Positions 27,617-41,974 of a DNA stretch of 64,000 bases are shown piece by piece (the stretch's first letter is position 1; each line of letters begins with the position of its first letter). Where the stretch lies: the NCBI GenBank assembly GCA_951406725.2, contig OX597833.1, positions 15,190,001 through 15,254,000 of the forward strand, read 5' to 3'. The position numbers and the translations under genes were made by a program. The notes under the pieces were generated by a model, which saw only the letters and a program-made list of their open reading frames with translations, ran no database searches and was not told where the DNA came from. Origin of the DNA: Octopus vulgaris. Taxonomy: Eukaryota.

Positions 27617-28658
27617 AAGACAAGAAAACTAGCAAGTTCTTAACGCGAGCAAGCAATTCATTCGATCGGTGTACATTTTTGCAATATGTAAGATGCATTT
27701 TGTAGAAAATGTTGTATAGCCATGAAACAAGAAACAGTTTTGTTTGGAAATAGATGAAAAATAAAGAAAGAGCGTGCATTACGTAAGGCACCAATGTAAG
27801 AAATTACAGCAAAAATTAACATAGATAAATATGATCAAAGAAGGACGAAAGAAAACCTTGTAAGAGACCCGTAGCGCAATAAACGGAAATTATATTAATA
27901 TATTCGTATAGCAATGCGAAGGGGGAAATGCTTACAGTAAAAGCCAATTGTTGATAATCTGCAAAACTTCTCAATAAAGGAAATAGACGTGTTTTAATGT
28001 ATGGAAGTATGTGTTGTTCTATGTTTTGGTTATTAAGAGAAGACGCAAGAATTTATTTTTTTACTGCATTACCCTAGATCGAAATATATTTCTCCATCAA
28101 ATAGACTAAATTCAAACAACAGATGTAGTACATATCTCATAAAAATCTAACCATGTTCTAGCTTTAATAGTTGAAGGTAAAAATTATGTTCATATAAATA
28201 TACAATACGGGGATGAGTAATGTAGGTTGCGTGTTATGTAAGCATAGCATGGAATACATGAAAGGCGGCAAAAGATAAAGAAGGAAGATATGCGATACAA
28301 CATCTGCTGATAACAAAAAGAAAAGAGAATATGACCCTATTCTAGATAGAGAATTGAATATGTTTATGCAGGAGAAAAGCAACAAGATAGAATAAGCAAA
28401 TATTGCATACAATAGCTCTAACATAAATAATAGAAATCTCTAAGTAGAAACTGGAATATAAATAAAATCGAATAGAGAAATAAAATTCCGTATAAAAAGT
28501 GTCTATTGATAATGACAAATATATGAAATTAATATTGATCCTACCTGTGTATTAGACAGTCTGAATGTTATATTGAAATAAGAAGTCTGATGCTTGCCGC
28601 ATTATTCGCTAGCATGGCAATAATGGAAGGAACATTTAACATCAAGAATCCGCCAGAC

Positions 28659-29303
28659 CAGTGGTTCTCACACACTGTTTACCTATGGAACCATTAGGTT
28701 CCTATTCAACTCGGTTGGACTCTCATAAGACGATGTTTAAAAAATCCTATATTATAATTAAATGATATTAGGAATTGTATTTAAAGAATTCTGTTAAAAG
28801 CGCGAATGTATTGTAGAATTGTAGGAATAGCTGTGTGGTAAGTAGCTTGCTTACGAACCACATGGTTCCGGGTTCAGTCCCATTGCGTGGCACCTTGGGC
28901 AAATGTCTTCTACTATAACCTCAGGTCGACCAAAACCTTGTGAGTGGATCTGGTAGACGGAAACTGAAAGAAGCCCGTCGTATATATGTATATATATATG
29001 TGTGCGTGTGCGTGTGTTTTGTTTACGTTTGTGTTTGTCCCCACAACACCGCTTGACAACCGATGCTGGTGTGTTTACTTCCCTGTAACTTAGCGGTTCG
29101 GCAAAAGAGACCGATAGAATAAGTACTAGGCTTACAAAGAAAATGTCCTGGGGTCGATTTGCACGACTAAAGGCGGTGCTCCAGCATGGCCACAGTCAAA
29201 TGACTGAAACAATTAAAAGAGTATTTTATTGCCCTGAAATTTTGAAAATATAATCTTATATTGATACCGAAGAGACATATGGACCCCCAGTTGAGAACCC
29301 CTG
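28659..29303. mobile_element. hAT-like MITE interrupted by a family A SINE
   Basis: Termini CAGTGGTTCTCA / TGAGAACCCCTG are typical hAT TIRs; TSD not intact. Confidence 0.55.
28820..29222 (+). mobile_element. Family A SINE, full length
   Basis: Head, body and tail match 9340-9756. Confidence 0.9.
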
Positions 29304-31489
29304 AATCTAGGCATAAAAAGCAAAAATCAAATGAACAATAATTACACAAGGAGGAAACAAATTCAAATCTACGGTTCTAAATACGGCGTACATATAAATA
29401 GCTAGAAATGAAGGGTAAATTTTCTGTTTTGGAAAACTGAACTAATATACTGTGGAATATAAGGTTTATTGTGGGACAATTTAATATACAACCGATAGAA
29501 ACATTGTCCAATACGTTTTAGCGCAATTCATTTGTTGACGTAACGTCCAGCATATATTGCTCCGCTGATGGTCAATTTGTTCCCTCTATTTATATATATC
29601 TTAGACTCCGAATATGTCTTAGGCACCGTCACTTTTCTTCCAACTACATCATATATATATTCATTGGGGCCGAGAATACATTCGGATGAATACCTCCTGA
29701 GTCACAATATTTAGAACTTATATTTGTGTAAGACCCTGGGATTAAAAAGAAAAGCTGGTCTACTGGAATATTGGTTTCCAGTTTTGAAACAGGATCAGTT
29801 AGATCTGGGGAGGGCATAAATCGATTAAACCGACCTGAGTAAGTAACTGTTACTTTTCATCGAGCCCCAACAGAATGAAAGGTAAAATCGAACCCAACGG
29901 AATTTGAACTCAGAACGTAAAGCCGTACGAAATGCCGCTAAGCATTTTGCGCGCCGCGTTAAATATTCTGGCTGGTAACCTCCTTGGTGTAATGTGATAT
30001 TGACATCGAATTTCTGCACAAGGCCAGTAATCTTGCAGGAGGGGTAAATGGATTACATCGACACCAGTACTCAACTGGTAATTATTTTATCGACCTCGAA
30101 ATGATGAATGGGAAAGTTAACTTAGAATTTGGACTTAGAAGATTAAACCGGGCAGAATACCAGTAAGCATTTTGCTAAGCACGTTCGAGTGCTGCCTTGG
30201 TATACTGTAATATTAGAATAGAAAGAAAAAAATTTTCTCCTTGCTATAAATTAATGATCTAACAAATAAGTAGAAACACAAGAGAAAACATAAGAGAAAC
30301 ACAAGGAAAGCTGTTGGAATCAAGTACATGTTTGCAAGTGATTGAGTCTGTAGATTAATTTTACATATTTGAACAATACATATTCTGTGGGGGATACGAA
30401 TTGTTCCAAAAATACAACCATTTTGTGAATGTGAGAGTTCACTGGACAAAGCTAAAAGTATATATGAATTCAAATTTATGGGCTCATTGTATTATTTTGT
30501 GGGAATATTAGTATTGTGAGCTTAGACCAGGCCTGAGAAATCTTAGTAAAGTTACTGCGGGAAATGACAATTATTTTCCACCTCAGTCGAGATACACATA
30601 TTTCATAGACTTTAATGATAGTCTCCGGAATAATTATTCAAATCATTATGATGCATCTTTGATAATTATATAGAACATACTATTGTTCGGTGAGGCTGTT
30701 GTAGTCCAATAAGGAAAACAAAAGATAACAGATAAAAGGTAATACAATACATACCTTATTTATAAGACCCTAAGGCAATACAACTAGTACAAATAGTGAA
30801 GCAGAACGCAATTTGTGAGAACCGCTAATTTGAATTTCAATAATAATTATAGTTATTACTTGAAGTAAGGCAACAATGGAGGCCGTGAGTTGATATCCTT
30901 AACTTATAAAGTTTAGACACGAATGAAATAAATAGACTTGCATGAGTTATATATAAATTATATGCTTGTCACATGCGTGAAGGGAAGATGAGAAAGTTTG
31001 TTCCACACTGTAATATGGAAGTGACAGTAAAGTTCCAAAGTTCATCTCTAAGCTATACGAAGATCCGGATTATCTATTCAAAATCAATTAAAAGAGATTG
31101 CATGAAGATTAAAGTCTCCATTAAATACACAATGTTCGATTCATAAATATGTCCCATTAAATAACGGACCATAATGGCCAATGTCATATATACTTTAGAT
31201 ATTACCCGCAGCTCACGAATTGGCAGTTGGGGGGGGGGTAATGTGAAATCGCCATTTAAATACACAACATTATATTCAACATTAAATATGAATAACACAA
31301 ATTCTAATATACAGTAAATTTGAAATGCACGCTGCAGCACAAATACTATTAAATATAAACGAAAGAAACATTAATTTTCCCATAAATGAAACTAAACCTA
31401 TTATTTACTATCTACAACAGAAACATCGTATTTATAAAATTATTATGCATTATGGCGAATATGTGTGTATACTTGGAGAGTGTGTGTAC

Positions 31490-31710
31490 TTATGTATGCA
31501 TGTATGCATGCATGTATGTATGTATATATGTATGTATGCATGTATGCATGTATGCATGCATGTATGTATGCATGTATGCATGCATGTATGTATGCATGTA
31601 TGTATGCATGTATGTTTGTTAGTATGTATGTATGTATGCATGCATGTTTGTATGTATGCATGTATGTATGTATGTATGGATGGATGGATGGATTGATGGA
31701 TTGATGGATG
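31490..31710. repeat. (ATGT/ATGC/ATGG)n tetranucleotide array
   Basis: Direct inspection. Confidence 0.9.
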
Positions 31711-32453
31711 TATATCAATTCCAGCGGTTATATTTACGAAGAAAAATATTTGTATTCTCAATATTTGATATAATATCCAGAAATGTTGTAGCTGTGAATT
31801 CCGTAGCTGCTTGCAAATACAGGGTAATACTTTATGGTGTTTATTTAATTGAATTTGAGCAGCTTTAAAGACGGATGTGTAACAACAAAACTGAAGAAAG
31901 AAAAAAAGTTACATTGAATACGTTCGGTAATATATATTAACTCAAGTAAATTTGATAGATATATAAACCTGGTATATATATATATATAGGTATTCATACT
32001 GATTTGTGCAGCAAGTAGGACTCGAAAGGCTTTAAACATAGTGCAACGAAAGGATCGAATGAGAAGGCATAATCTAAGCTGGTGTCTGTAGGAAGGTGGA
32101 CAAATGGGAACCGGGCGCCTACAGCCTGTGCCCTTGGCTTGACAGTCGGTTTGACTCAAGATCTGTGAGGTTCCCTGGTTAACCCTAGGTGGTTACTCTT
32201 ATTTGGAAATTGTGTTACAATTTCCTTGACTATTATTCCTCATGTTTTACTTATGTTGGTTTGTACTCACAATCTTCTTATTCTTTCTATTGTCCTAAAT
32301 ATTTTCGCGTTCCATGTGTTCCGTATATAATAAATATTATTGTTGTCAATTTGATCGGTTGGGGGAGTGATTGTACAGCAGATACATTAGATCACTTGAA
32401 ACAAATTACTCGTGCAGGTATTTCGGCAATAGCAGAACGCTTCTACGCCAGAC

Positions 32454-32586
32454 TCCTCCTCCTCCACCACCACCACCACCACCACCACCACCACCACCGC
32501 CACCACCACCACCACCGCCACCACCACCACCACCACCATCATCATCGTCGTCGTCGTCGTCGTTGTTGTTGTTGTTGTTGTTGTTG
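32454..32586. repeat. Compound trinucleotide array (CTC)(CAC)(CAT)(CGT)(TGT)
   Basis: Direct inspection. Confidence 0.95.
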
Positions 32587-33438
32587 AAGCAGCGACCTGC
32601 CAACATCGTTGGCATAGGGGCCAAAAATGCGTAGTGGCACGTGTTCCAGCATTTTACGGTTTAAATACCGGTGATGTCGACATCGCATTCATCATTAAGG
32701 GGTTGATAAAATAAACCACTGACCCATTTCTTGGATGAATGCAATCGACAAACCCCTCCCCTTGATATTGCTGGCTTTGTGCCTAAATATGAAATTAATA
32801 TTTAAAGAGGAGTGGCGAACTTGCAGAATCGTTACGACACTGGGAAGTTGCTTTGTGACAATTATTTAGGCTGTTTACGTTCTGAGTTGAAATTTCACCG
32901 ACGTCAACTTTGCATTTCATCCTGTTAAGGACGATAAAATAAATACTATTTGAGGTATTGGCTCGATATTATCCATTAGCCCACTATCGCAAATTTCTCA
33001 TTATGTGCCTCTAGTAGACAGGGTTATAAAGTCCCCGAGCCCTTGATTTTCTGCCATTCTCTGATCCCACTAACAAACTAGTTAAACGAATCGACCATGG
33101 GTTATAAGTGCAAAAGATAAACAATAAAACAGCACCTGTACTCGCATGACTTAAAACCTTTTGCTAAAATAAACGCAGAAACCTTCTAAAAGTTGCCCCT
33201 AGATTCAGTAAGGACATCAGAATGACCATTGGGCTGGACAAATGTGCCAGAGTCACACTAAGAAGACGCAAAGTAATCAGCGCTGAAATCACTGCACTCG
33301 ACATAGACAGAGAAATTAGAGAATTAGACTACAATCGCCCATACAAATATTTAGAAATACAAATATTTAGAAGTGCAAATATTTAGAAGTGCTAAAGAGG
33401 AAATTAAGAGAAAGAATTACTGAAGAGTTATACTAATA

Positions 33439-33853
33439 CTCTTACTCTTTTACTCTTTTACTTGTTTCAGTCATTTGACTGCGGCCATGCTGGAGCACCG
33501 CCTTTAGTCGAGCATATCGACCCCGGGACTTATTCTTTTTGTAAGCCCAGTACTTATTCTATCGGTCTCTTTTGCCAAACCGCTAAGTAACGGGGACATA
33601 AACACACCAGCATCGGTTGTCAAGCAATGCTAGGGGGACAAACACAGACACACAAACACACACACACATATATATATATACATATATACGACGGGCGTCT
33701 TTTCAGTTTCCGTCTACCAAATCCACTCACAAGGCTTTGGTCGGCCCGAGGATATAGTAGAAGACACTTGCCCAAGGTGCCACGCAGTGGGGCTGAACCC
33801 GGAACCATGTGGTTGGTAAACAAGCTACTTACCACACAGCCACTCCTGCGCCT
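33439..33853 (-). mobile_element. Family A SINE nested in the R4-like element
   Basis: Full length and close to the other family A copies. Confidence 0.9.
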
Positions 33854-34600
33854 ATGTTAAACTTAATGTTAAAAATAAGATAATAGTAATAAACACGTAA
33901 GCCATACCAATCACAAATTAGAGCTTCGACATAATAAACTGGATAGTTAGTGATTTGAGAAACTTAGACAGAAAATGCAGCAAACTATAAGCACCGTAAT
34001 GAAATCACCACCCCAATGCATACGCAGACAGAATATATATCTACCTAGTTCAGAAGGAGGCTGTGGCTCGATGGAGATAGAGAACTACCAAAGCATAACA
34101 ACAGTTGGACTACAAAAGAACTTAGAAACAAAAAAATGGATTGCTATTACATGTAATAAAGCAACACGAGAAAAAGAAGTCGCTGTTCGCTATAAACAAG
34201 GAGGCAGCAATATATTTTGATAAACGAACCTCAGATGACAACATAGCAGAAATTGTTAGAGAGAAAAACACAATGTGAAGACAGAATTACAAAATATATT
34301 GAAGAAGAAATGGAGAGAAAAATTAATACATGACCAATACCCTGCAAGGCTTGGCAGAGAAAGTGTGAGTCTAAGTAAAAAGTCAGAAATTGCTCAAAAG
34401 CTCTGGACAAAAAGCTGAAACACAAGGACTGATTCTCGAAGCACAAGACTAATGCCCGACTGCAAACAACTATAAAAGGAAAATTATGAAAACGGGCTCT
34501 AACATCAAATGTATAATTTGCACCCAGCACAATAAGACAGTTAACCACATCATGTCTGGCTCCCAAGTCTTTGCCAAATCTGATTATATATATAGACACA

Positions 34601-34939
34601 TCATCATCAATGTTCGACCGTGGTCGAGACAATGGAATTTACCATGCTACGCCAGACTTCACGGTCCATCATGGCATTACGGAGGTCCTGTTGCTGGATG
34701 CCTGTATCCCTGGAGATTACATCAGGTTAGGAGAGTGTGCGCGCTCTGGTATTGCGAGTAGATGGCTTCCAGAGGAGAAGAGTAGAAATCGCCTCGTTTT
34801 CAGCTCTACAACAATGTCCAGCAAACTGGACTCTCCTACCTTTCACAAGAGATGTCACAGGTGGTAGTTTCCCATATATTTGCATTTTGGTTGGATGACG
34901 CTTCCACGAGAGATTTTGAGCTCTCATAAGAAGGCGAGT
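34601..34939 (-). mobile_element. RTE-clade LINE 3' fragment nested in the R4-like element
   Basis: RLLMRAQNLSWKRHPTK..YGKLPP..RRVQFAGHCCR..LLLWKP, followed by a (TGA)n tail. Confidence 0.8.
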
Positions 34940-36617
34940 AACCGAGTAAGTAGTTACATGTCCTGGAAAATATGCCAACACTATAACATTAAAACTGTCA
35001 ATAAATGGTATAAACATGTGCCAAACAAGATACAAAACAAAATCCAGGTCACAATCATCTGGGATATGCCGGTTAAAATCGGCTAAGAAGTAAAAGCTAA
35101 TCGCCACGAAAAAATAATCAAGGATTGAGAAAAATACCTCCATGCTGGTAGAGACTTGTGATCAAAATATCATTGTCCAAAAAGAAGTGGAAAAATTGTT
35201 GAAATATAAAAACCTAGAAATTGAAATATTTAAGATGTGGGACATGCGGGTAAAAGCAATACCAATAACAATTGGAGCATTGGGCATGATAAAAAAACAT
35301 ATGTACACAAACTTAGAAGCTATATATGGATCCTCAAGCAAAGAATAGCCCTGTTAGGAACAGACCACATCCTAAGCAACACACAGTCAATTCAATAATA
35401 CTACCTAAACAAAAGACACTCTATACAGTAATTATCCAGTTAAATAAACTTCCACCAGAAAACCAGTAACCAACGCATTACACACACAAAACAATATAAT
35501 CAATAATACAAGAAAAGACAGCACCACATCTCAAGAGATAAAACTGACGCAGTACAATACGCTTAACAACTGCGAAGAATACAAAACGCTGCACACATCA
35601 CAGCAACAGGGATGTGTAGGAGGTGATGCAGTAGAAATTTGACTGAAAATACAAAATGTTCAACAATAATAATAATATCAAAAAGGGGAAGAAATACAAT
35701 CCCTTAAAATTTGAAATTGTGAAAAATCGGAGTATTAAAATGCCTGTAATAATCTGTGCATCAGGGACTGATTCACCAATGATAGATAAATACTTGAAGA
35801 AAAAATTGGAATAAGACGTCGTGTAGTGCTTCTGTAGGAATTTAGACACTTCGAATATTATTAGAAGCTATTTGAGTACCTCAAAGGTTAATGAAAGTTC
35901 GTGGATATCTAAAGTTAATGGTAGGAAAACCGCTAAGTACATAAATTCTACCAGGGATAAGAACAAACCCAAGTCAAATCAGGACAAAAATAATCAATAT
36001 ATATTGAAAGTGGCCTGTAAGACTTTATCTAATCTGGCTTTGTAATACCTTACTTATTTTGATTTGTAGCTTATCCTATTTTCTTCTCTTTCTCTCTCAA
36101 ATCCTTTTTATCTCTCTTTCTCTCTCTCTCTCTCTCTATTAATTTTTTTTTTACTGCTCCAGTATAAATATGTAATATTTAACACATCAGTAAATATACT
36201 GCACAATTACAGCTCAATAATTTTCAATAACATTCGATGTATGGAATAAAATCTTGCCTACAAGGAATAAAATGTGGGGATTAAAGCGGATTAACCGAAT
36301 TAAATGAAATATATATCAACTTAAGAACGTCGGCGAAGCTTTCCCGTTACGCTCGCGGCATCCATTATTTTCGAATGCGATTATAATTCCACGTCATCTG
36401 AGAAGCCATCACAGCATTTGAGCTATTGGTTTTGTTTGCAGCAGTAATTTGATTCTCAAAATTGTATATAAGTTCATCGTTATCCCAAAGTTTATATATT
36501 CGTAAGTATGTGATGATAACAGTGTAAATTCGATGAACCCAGTGTGCATGATTCACACAATTTGGCTTTATATATATTATTTATAATTCATTTATAAAGC
36601 AATTGATTCAAGATATT

Positions 36618-36815
36618 TTGTATGCACAAGGAATATACATATATACATGTATACACATGTACAAAAATGCAAAAATAAGATATACACAATAAGAGTTGTA
36701 TGCACAATGAATATACATCTATACTGACGTACATATATACATGTATACACATGTACAAGAATGCAAAAATAAGAAGATTCACACAGAGTTGTATGCACAA
36801 GGATACACATATATG
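36618..36815. repeat. Short tandem repeat, ~2.3 units of 80-90 bp
   Basis: TTGTATGCACAA...ATATACATGTATACACATGTACAA.AATGCAAAAATAAGA recurs. Confidence 0.75.
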
Positions 36816-37490
36816 TATGTTCACATACTCCTTATACAGAATAAAGAGAATGAATTTATGAATGCCATTTTAATATGGAATTCATGAAGCCTGATCACCC
36901 GCGGACACATGTGCTATACATAATATAATGCCTCCTATACTGCAACAAAAGAATGCTGTATTAGTTGAACAGCAATGAACCCCAAGACAAAAGAATATTC
37001 CTGCTTGAGATTTCAAAACTTTATATTATGAATGCGGTGCATATTATCACTACAAGACTCTTAATCAGCTTATCTGATGTGAATATATTAAATGCACTTT
37101 GTGGTACTTACTAGGCACTTGAAAATCTAGTGAACACCCTACAAAACAAAAAATATAATAATAACGAAAAGAGAGAACAACTCAGGAAAACAGGCGCGTT
37201 AATTGAATACATGTAATTAAGCCTAACTCATATTTATATGTCCAGTTTACGTCAATGAATTATATATAAATGTAATCTAACTGTTCTATTTCCAGCGTAG
37301 CTGTGTGCTATCTTGGGTGCAGTCTCGAATCGAGCAAGCTTGGGAAACTCTATTCCACTATAGGACAGGGCTGATCAAATTCTTGTGAATATTTTTTTAC
37401 AGGGAAACTGAATGAACGACGCACACACTTACACAAACACGCACACATACACATCTATATACATACGTATGTAGATATATATAAATACAT

Positions 37491-37649
37491 AGAGTGGCTG
37501 TGTGGTAAGTGGCTTGGTTACCAACCATATGGTTCCGATTTCAGTCCCACTGCGTCACACATTGGCCTCGTGACTTCTAGTATAGCCTTGTGGGTGGATT
37601 TGGATGAAGGAAACTGAAAGAAGCCCGTCGTATAAAAGTATATACATAC

Positions 37650-37687
<38 letters not shown>

Positions 37688-37895
37688 ATGTTTGTGTGTC
37701 TGTGTTTGTCCCCACAACATCGCTTGACAACCGATGCTGGTGTGTTTACGTCCCTGTAACTTAGCGGTTCGGGAAAAGAGACCGATAGAATAAGTACTAG
37801 GCTTATAAATTATATAAGTCCTGGGGTTGATTTGGTCGACTAAAGGCGGTGCTCCAGCATGGCCACAGCCAAATGTCTGCAACAAGTAAAAGAGT
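37491..37895 (+). mobile_element. Family A SINE
   Basis: Diverged head, conserved 3' half. Confidence 0.85.
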
Positions 37896-38072
37896 ATATG
37901 CGTGTGTGTCTTATTGGAATATTTCTGGATACAAATCTGGGATTTAAGTAATGTCTCCAAAAATATTTAGTAATCACAGAAATGTTTATTGTCAATAATG
38001 TTTAGATCATTTTAAAGTCTGCACATACATCTATATTTCTGCATAATCGCTATTTCGGCCAATGCATTTTTG

Positions 38073-38129
<57 letters not shown>

Positions 38130-38130
38130 A

Positions 38131-38450
38131 TATATTTATTAGTAAGTTACATGTTTATATACATCATATATATATTTAGCACTTTCGTCCATTCTAGTGG
38201 AGTCTTCAAATTGAAGACTTGGCAGTCGCATCTGATGGAGCTCCCGACTGACCCTACCGCTAAGTGTGAAGAACGTGCAGTTATTCAGTGTTCAGACGCA
38301 GAATACATCAAATTCAATTTGCATACTCCACTAGAATGGACGAAAGCGCTAATATATGATATATGATGTATAAAAACACGTAACGTACAAATAAATATCT
38401 GTAAATATAAAACCATCCGGATTTCTAGCACCTCATTTCTTCTAACATAT
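38131..38450 (+). mobile_element. Fold-back Penelope-like remnant between microsatellites
   Basis: Inverted arms ~38131-38203 / 38325-38398 include a hairpin followed by GAAA-GCGC-TA; tail extension ~38400-38447. Confidence 0.55.
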
Positions 38451-38495
38451 AATACTTGTACATCATCACCAAATTTTCTAATACACACACACACA

Positions 38496-38561
<66 letters not shown>

Positions 38562-38638
38562 TTGAGTTGTGGGGTATCGCACGAGTGGGATTATATAAGA
38601 AAAAAGGTTTGAAAATGCAATTTAAACGATGTTTATTT

Positions 38639-38679
38639 ACTTAACCGGTTTCACTCTTTGGTAAAAGATTGTCAAAAGT
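38639..38679 (-). ncRNA. Minimal hammerhead motif, U3-A8 core variant (mirror copy at 41895-41935, +)
   Basis: ACTT-TTGACAA-TCTTT(TACC)AAAGA-GT-GAAA-CCGG-TT-AAGT; palindromic loop 3 (CAGG in the mirror copy). Confidence 0.6.
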
Positions 38680-39493
38680 TACATTTAAGGAAACATTGAA
38701 TAATATGGGTTCAAAAAAAGTTTTTTACATAATTGTCACATTGAATATTATGCATTCAAAAAAGTTTTTTACATAATTGTCACATTGAATATTATGCATT
38801 CAAAAAAGTTTTTTACATAATTGTCACATTGGATATTATGAATTCAAAAATGTTTTTTTATACATAATTGTCACATTACATGTATAAATATAGTGTTTGG
38901 TAACAGAGAAGTTCAATAGTGTGATGAGACTATTTGGGAAAATTTGGCAGAAAAGGATAAAACAAATATATTATTGGGAATTGGTTGCGTTAATTATTGG
39001 TTGTCGCAAATTGTCACATTACATGTATATATATACAATCTTTGGTATATATATACAGCGTTTTGACAGCAAAAATTAAAATGGATTTTTTGTACATCTC
39101 AGAATATTTTAAGTATGTTTTTACTGACCTGTCAGTATTAGCAGAAAGGCTGAACTGAGAGAACAGAAGAAGTAGCCAATGTGGTGTATACTTCCCCTTT
39201 ATGCATGAATGATTTTGGGGTTATCAGGAGGTTAGTATGCGGGTGTGAATAGATGTGTCCGTGCCTGCTGGTCAGACAGCGTCTGTTTGTCACACACATA
39301 TATATACACACAAACACACACACACACAACAACAACACACACACACACACATAGTATACAAACACACACCACATACAAACAACACACACACACAGAACAC
39401 ACACACCCACACACAACGCACCCACATATATCACATATACACACAGCACACAAATATAACATGTATCTATATATAACATACACAGATATATAA

Positions 39494-39538
<45 letters not shown>

Positions 39539-40346
39539 CACACGCACACATACATACATAATATAAATATCACACAAATACACCTAGCATATATATACAC
39601 ACATACAATACACACATACAGCATGTAAGCAATATACATACACAATATATGCATGCAATATACATACGCAATACATACATATAATATATATATATATAGA
39701 CAATGCATATACATATATACACATATACATATAAATAGTGTTTACATACACATACATAGATGTACCACATATACACACAACACACATACATACAATGCAT
39801 ACACATACACGTACGCATACATATAATATATATATACACACACACACACACATAACATACATACACACACAATGCATACATATATATACACGCAATGCAT
39901 ATACATGTATTCATGCACATATAGCACACCTACAATATACATATATACAGTGCACACATACACACAAATATATACACTTAATTGTACACGTACATATACA
40001 ATACACATACATACAATATACATATACACAATGCGCATGCAAATAATGTACATGTTTCTACACACATAAACATGCAAATAAATATACACACACACACATA
40101 CACACACACACATATATATACACACATATATATATATATATACACACATACATACATACATACATGCACATACATATATTTTTTCACACACATACACACA
40201 CATATATATATATAAAAAATTCACCCCCCCCCCCACACACAAATTACAAACCTATAGCGTACACACTCAAATATATCTCTACATGCCGCACACACACACA
40301 AACAAAGTACTAACATATACACACATACCATGCATATACACACACA

Positions 40347-40399
<53 letters not shown>

Positions 40400-40436
40400 C
40401 AGATACATATGTAAATACATACACACGTACACAATG

Positions 40437-40479
<43 letters not shown>

Positions 40480-40793
40480 GCACACAGTGCACACACACAC
40501 ACACACATATATACACACGTGCACACACACACACACATACAACGCGCGCACACACACATATACACACATACGCACACAGTGCACACACACACACACACAC
40601 ACACACAACACTCACACACATACATCACCTATATATATATAATGCATGCGTGTGCATGCCACGTATGTGTGCGGTCAATGCCCGCTAGTGTGTCCTATGC
40701 GTGCCGATGCGCGCATGTGCCCGCCCGCACGATATACTGTGAGCGTGCGCGCGTCCCTGTGTGCTTGCTCTGGATGTGCTTCCAGGGGGTATG

Positions 40794-41168
40794 TTAGAGT
40801 ATGTTTAGTTGTGGTCTGTATTTTTGAATAAGATTACTTTCCTTATTTATTCGTGTTTGGTCTGTGGTGTTGTCCGAGCATTGGTATAGTGGGAAGACTA
40901 AGAATTTGGGGGACTTATTGTGTGCACAAAGGTCTAAGTGTCCACTTAGTGGTATCTGTCTTGTGGAGGGGTCCCTCAGTTGTTGTCGGTGAACTGTCAT
41001 TCTGTCTCTGAGGGTAAGGCTCGTTTGCCCTATGTAGTCTTCGTGGCATCCTTCACACCTTATGACGTAGAGTAAATTTTTTGATGCGCACGTGAAGTTA
41101 TTTTTTATGATGAATGTGTGTCCCGAGTGGAACTTGTACGACGATCCCTCAATGAGGTGGATGCAGGT
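40794..41168 (-). pseudogene. Penelope-type GIY-YIG endonuclease domain (open 124-aa frame, 5'-truncated)
   Basis: TCIHL...FTCASKNLLYVIRCEGCHEDYIGQTSLTLRDRMTVHRQQ...SGHLDLC...RINKESNLIQKYRPQLNIL*; LLY-YIG, R..H, E and LN motifs are all present. Confidence 0.9.
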
Positions 41169-41974
41169 GTTTGTATACTATGTGTGTGTGTGTGTGTGTT
41201 GTTGTGTGTGTGTGTGTTTGTGTGTATATATATGTGTGTGACAAACAGACGCTGTCTGACCAGCAGGCACGGACACATCTATTCACACCCGCATACTAAC
41301 CTCCTGATAACCCCAAAATCATTCATGCATAAAGGGGAAGTATACACCACATTGGCTACTTCTTCTGTTCTCTCAGTTCAGCCTTTCTGCTAATACTGAC
41401 AGGTCAGTAAAAACATACTTAAAATATTCTGAGATGTACAAAAAATCCATTTTAATTTTTGCTGTCAAAACGCTGTATATATATACCAAAGATTGTATAT
41501 ATATACATGTAATGTGACAATTTGCGACAACCAATAATTAACGCAACCAATTCCCAATAATATATTTGTTTTATCCTTTTCTGCCAAATTTTCCCAAATA
41601 GTCTCATCACACTATTGAACTTCTCTGTTACCAAACACTATATTTATACATGTAATGTGACAATTATGTATAAAAAAACATTTTTGAATTCATAATATCC
41701 AATGTGACAATTATGTAAAAAACTTTTTGAATGCATAATATTCAATGTGACAATTATGTAAAAAACTTTTTTTGAACCCATAATATCCAATGTGACAATT
41801 ATGTAAAAAACTTTTTTGAATGCATAATATTCAATGTGACAATTATGTAAAAAACTTTTTTGAACCCATATTATTCAATGTTTCCTTAAATGTAACTTTT
41901 GACAATCTTTTACCAAAGAGTGAAACAGGTTAAGTAAATAAACATCGTTTAAATTGCATTTTCAAACCTTTTTT

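Larger units (their letters stand above)
33070..35400 (+). mobile_element. Decayed R4/Dong-like non-LTR retrotransposon (RT end, CCHC knuckle, RLE)
   Basis: Fragments HLYSHDLKPFAK, IGLDKCA, YKYL, IYLPSSEGGCG, CIIC..TVNHIMSG..YIYRH|NRV..WKIC..KWYKH.P..IIWD, KEVEKLLKYKNL..W..PITIGALG; many stops and frameshifts. Confidence 0.85.

Noticed and set aside
38700-38880. Regular ~44-bp repeats resembling a CRISPR array
   Set aside because: Head-to-tail minisatellite with no unique spacers, inside a eukaryotic retroelement.
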